Origin: Candidatus Poribacteria bacterium
Lineage (GTDB): Bacteria; Poribacteria; WGA-4E; WGA-3G
DNA: 64,000 bases
Reading direction: 5' to 3'
Assembly: GCA_965215265.1 (NCBI GenBank)
Contig: OZ244048.1
Location: 4,224,001 to 4,288,000, forward strand
Below are positions 60,936 to 64,000 of the stretch, in pieces. The stretch's first letter is position 1; every line of letters begins with the position of its first letter. The notes below the pieces were generated by a model. That model searched no databases. It had not been told where the DNA came from and worked only from the letters and a program-made list of their open reading frames with translations. A program made the translations under genes and the position numbers.

Positions 60936-62468
60936 ATGACATATACGCATAGCATTGAAACAAATACCAAGGCGTTCTGGGAACTCGACCAGCATTATGA
61001 ACCAGATCTGAGTCGGATTGACGAGGCGTTCGTTCAGAAATTGTGGCACACACAACGTTTTTTCGATGCCAATGTTGCGGCATTCGATGCCAATGTCGCC
61101 GCAATTGATAGGCGCACGATCCGGGTACTAAAACCCGGTACCTGGAACCACGGTGAAGGGCCCGATTTCATGAACGCCGAAATGGAGATTGATGGAAAAC
61201 TACACGTTGGCGATGTCGAAATTCATGTTAAATCTTCGGAATGGTACGCACACAAACACCATCTCAATTCCAGATATAACCGCGTCATCTTACATACAGT
61301 CTTCTTTAACGATGATTTCAATCTACGCACGCGCCTTCAGAACGGGAAGCGGATTCCGACACTGGAACTCCTCAAATTCATTAATATCCCTACCGGAGAT
61401 CTGCTTGACTCAACCCAAGAGACTGAAGTAGATGCCAGCAGTTACTGTCGAATAACAGGACATGAACTCAACATAGACATCCTTCGCGGCGTTTTTGATT
61501 CCTTGGGCAGAGAACGTTTTTTGGAAAAGACAGAGTCCATGCGCTTATTGAGAACGCGCCTTAATTACGAACAATTGCTCTATGAAGGAATCATGGAGGC
61601 GTTAGGCTACAAAGAAAACAGCACACCTTTACGCGAATTGGCGCAACGGGTTCCTTTCGCCGATTTCGATAATAAATCTGAACCGGAAATCCAAGCCTGC
61701 CTCTTCGGGGTGGCCGGGCTCCTTCCATCACAACTGAAGAAACCGATTCCGACTGAAGAGGCAAATAACCCTTTTGTTGTGCAATTAGAAAACGCGTGGG
61801 ATACGTCAAAATACGCCGCATCCCCCGACAGGATGGCTGAATCACAGTGGCGTTTTGCAACACGCCCCTTTAACCATCCAACCCGGCGGATTGCAGCAAT
61901 AAGTCAGTTAATTCAACGTTGTAATGGGAGTTTGATGATGTACTTTCTACCGACGTGTGAACGCATCACCACCGCGGATACACCCAAGTTATTGCGGACA
62001 ATTCAAAAACAACTCTTAGCACTGCTAATCCTTGAACCCCAAGGCTATTGGAAAACTCATGCAAACTTCGGAAAACCAGTTCGTCAAGCAAGCCTCATTG
62101 GGGAATCACGGGCATTGGACATCATTGTCAATAAAGTCCTACCGGTCGCTTATGTTTGGGCACTTGAGGCGGATAGCCGTGGATTGCAGGAGGCAATTTT
62201 GCAACTCTATAGCAGTTGCGCAACATTGCAAAAAAATAAATATATCCGCAAAATTGAGGAGCAAATTTTCACGACTGCGCAGCCCATGCGCTCTCTCAAA
62301 CTTAGTGCCAAAATTCAGCAGGGCGCAATTCGCCTCTATAAAAACTATTGTGCAGATAGACTCTGTGACTTGTGCCCAATCCTTGAGCATGACGCGATTC
62401 TTGCCGAGAATATCGCGCAGATGACACCAGGCAAACTTCATAGTCAACCAGGAACGGATGATGCCTAA
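60936..62468 (+). CDS. DUF2851 family protein
   Basis: PG.WN..GPDF..GDVEIH..W.AH.HH..YNRVILH, RPFNHP.RR and terminal C..C..CPI. Confidence 0.8.
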   Translation: MTYTHSIETNTKAFWELDQHYEPDLSRIDEAFVQKLWHTQRFFDANVAAFDANVAAIDRRTIRVLKPGTWNHGEGPDFMNAEMEIDGKLHVGDVEIHVKSSEWYAHKHHLNSRYNRVILHTVFFNDDFNLRTRLQNGKRIPTLELLKFINIPTGDLLDSTQETEVDASSYCRITGHELNIDILRGVFDSLGRERFLEKTESMRLLRTRLNYEQLLYEGIMEALGYKENSTPLRELAQRVPFADFDNKSEPEIQACLFGVAGLLPSQLKKPIPTEEANNPFVVQLENAWDTSKYAASPDRMAESQWRFATRPFNHPTRRIAAISQLIQRCNGSLMMYFLPTCERITTADTPKLLRTIQKQLLALLILEPQGYWKTHANFGKPVRQASLIGESRALDIIVNKVLPVAYVWALEADSRGLQEAILQLYSSCATLQKNKYIRKIEEQIFTTAQPMRSLKLSAKIQQGAIRLYKNYCADRLCDLCPILEHDAILAENIAQMTPGKLHSQPGTDDA

Positions 62469-63255
62469 TCATACTAAAAATCTGACAGATGAATCCTATT
62501 GGACAGCGCTTTGGGATGGGCAACAGCATAAAGTACGGCATCTCCGGTGGGCGTACGTCGCGAACCGCCAACTCGCCAAACTTTTTCGCCGCACGCTTTC
62601 CGGTTTAGATACTCCTAAGTTGCTTGAAGTCGGCTGTGCAGATTCACTGTGGCTGCCGTATCTTGCACATACCTATGAATGCGACTGCCACGGCATAGAT
62701 TTTTCGGAAGTAGGATGTCAGTTGGCAAAACGGAACTTACAACGGGCTAACGCGGTCGGGAAGATTCTCTGCGAAGATGTCTTCACGTTTGCAAAGATGC
62801 ATCAAGGCACGTTTGATTTTGTCTATTCAATGGGACTCATAGAACATTTTACCGATACAGAATTAATTTTAAAAGAACTGTCTTATCTCCTTAAACCCAC
62901 GGGGAGAATGCTAACTGTTTTCCCGAACCTGCGTGGCATGTATACACCGATAGCGCGCGTCGCAAGTCCTAAGCTCCTCGCCACCCATCAGGTGATTACG
63001 CCGATGGAACTTCACGGAGTGTTGCAAGACGTTGGTTTTCAAGTTACAGAATTTGGGTACACGGGCGGCCCGTTGAAGTTAAGTGTCGTCGATTATTCTC
63101 CGTGGCGGGCTGTCATCGGCAAGTGGGGACACGAGGTACTTTGCAAGTTTGTCAATTTAACCGATATTGTGGTTGGGAATCTATTGGTAGGGCTCCAAGT
63201 TCCTAACCAACAGTTGACTTCACCCTATGTGTATGCGATATCTACAAAATTGTAG
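62458..63255 (+). CDS. Class I SAM-dependent methyltransferase
   Basis: LLEVGC, GIDFS, FDFVYSMGLIEHF and LLKPTG. Confidence 0.88.
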   Translation: MMPNHTKNLTDESYWTALWDGQQHKVRHLRWAYVANRQLAKLFRRTLSGLDTPKLLEVGCADSLWLPYLAHTYECDCHGIDFSEVGCQLAKRNLQRANAVGKILCEDVFTFAKMHQGTFDFVYSMGLIEHFTDTELILKELSYLLKPTGRMLTVFPNLRGMYTPIARVASPKLLATHQVITPMELHGVLQDVGFQVTEFGYTGGPLKLSVVDYSPWRAVIGKWGHEVLCKFVNLTDIVVGNLLVGLQVPNQQLTSPYVYAISTKL

Positions 63256-63301
63256 GTGCATGGTAAAATTGCCTATATAAAAAACAAATTGGAGGATTCT
63301 C

Positions 63302-64000
63302 ATGAAAACGTTGTGTCTTTTTACTCTTATCTTGCTTTGTGTTTCTGCATCTGTGGCAGAGGAGACTTTCTTTTCTGCACTGGAGAGCAAAGCAGAAGTA
63401 GAAAAAGAGGGCGGTGCCGTTGACGGTGGAAGTTTCGCCCCCGGTAAATTCGGAAACGGTTTCGTCAGCGAAGAAGTTGGCGATGTCATTCACTTCCCGG
63501 TTGAAGACCGGTTCGTGAATCTTGATGAGGGAACGGTTGAATTATGGGTAACAATGGGACTAGATGCAAGTGAAGTCACCGGCGAACTTTTTATGTTCAT
63601 GACTTACAAACGGGGTACCGATGCAGTTTTTTTGCAATTTAACACCGGCAGCATTGCCCAGATGCGCATTAAAAGCGCGGGTTCTTGGCATAATGCTAAT
63701 AGCACTCCGCTCGATTGGAAAAAAGGTGAACATCACCACATGGCTGGTACATGGGGCCCGGACGGTTTGAAACTCTATTTAGACGGCGAGTTAGAGGGGG
63801 AAGCCGACTTCAAAAAGGGGCCCACCGTGTTCGCCGAAACCTTTGAAATCAACAACGCCTCTCCGCCAGATCCCAAATTTCCAACGAATTGCGTTGTCGA
63901 CGGGCTGCGGATTTCTGACCATCAGAAGGAAGCCGATGAATTGGTACTGGACGATCCGGCACCTGTCGAACCTATTGCTAAATTAACGACAACGTGGGCA
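63302..64000 (+). CDS. Secreted LamG-like domain protein (runs off the window)
   Basis: GGAGG RBS, signal peptide MKTLCLFTLILLCVSASVA, GTVELW, HHMAGTW..LKLYLDG and tail PVEPIAKLTTTWA. Confidence 0.8.
   Translation, partial: MKTLCLFTLILLCVSASVAEETFFSALESKAEVEKEGGAVDGGSFAPGKFGNGFVSEEVGDVIHFPVEDRFVNLDEGTVELWVTMGLDASEVTGELFMFMTYKRGTDAVFLQFNTGSIAQMRIKSAGSWHNANSTPLDWKKGEHHHMAGTWGPDGLKLYLDGELEGEADFKKGPTVFAETFEINNASPPDPKFPTNCVVDGLRISDHQKEADELVLDDPAPVEPIAKLTTTWA

Overview
This is a bacterial chromosome segment. Several features suggest Candidatus Poribacteria or a close relative (inference, not a database result): expansions of PhyH dioxygenases (3), Ldh_2 dehydrogenases (3) and sulfatases (2), LamG proteins with a shared EPxxKLxxTW tail, and HEAT/TPR/Kelch/FG-GAP repeat proteins. 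Housekeeping genes are phoH-ybeY-corC-like, tRNA-Pro(CGG), recO, fused glyQS and thiE. Accessory loci include a TonB-receptor/CTD-protein/PorV-like cluster, a mosaic array of three M48 peptidases with a toxin-antitoxin pair, and an Rpn + DUF1156 methylase island. The most striking signal is a dispersed foldback repeat family at about 14 loci. It is built from ~60-bp arms of near-fixed length (CGAGATTT...TA[T/G]AC[G/A]AAAA) placed in inverted orientation around a ~45-bp self-complementary core. The arms amplify in tandem, end directly at start codons and supply gene N-termini. They also make up almost the whole GlyQ-GlyS fusion linker, flank a glycosyltransferase as direct repeats, and cleanly interrupt a phyH gene with a 95-bp insert. 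No cognate transposase or recombinase is evident in the window. All product calls come from motif recognition by eye.
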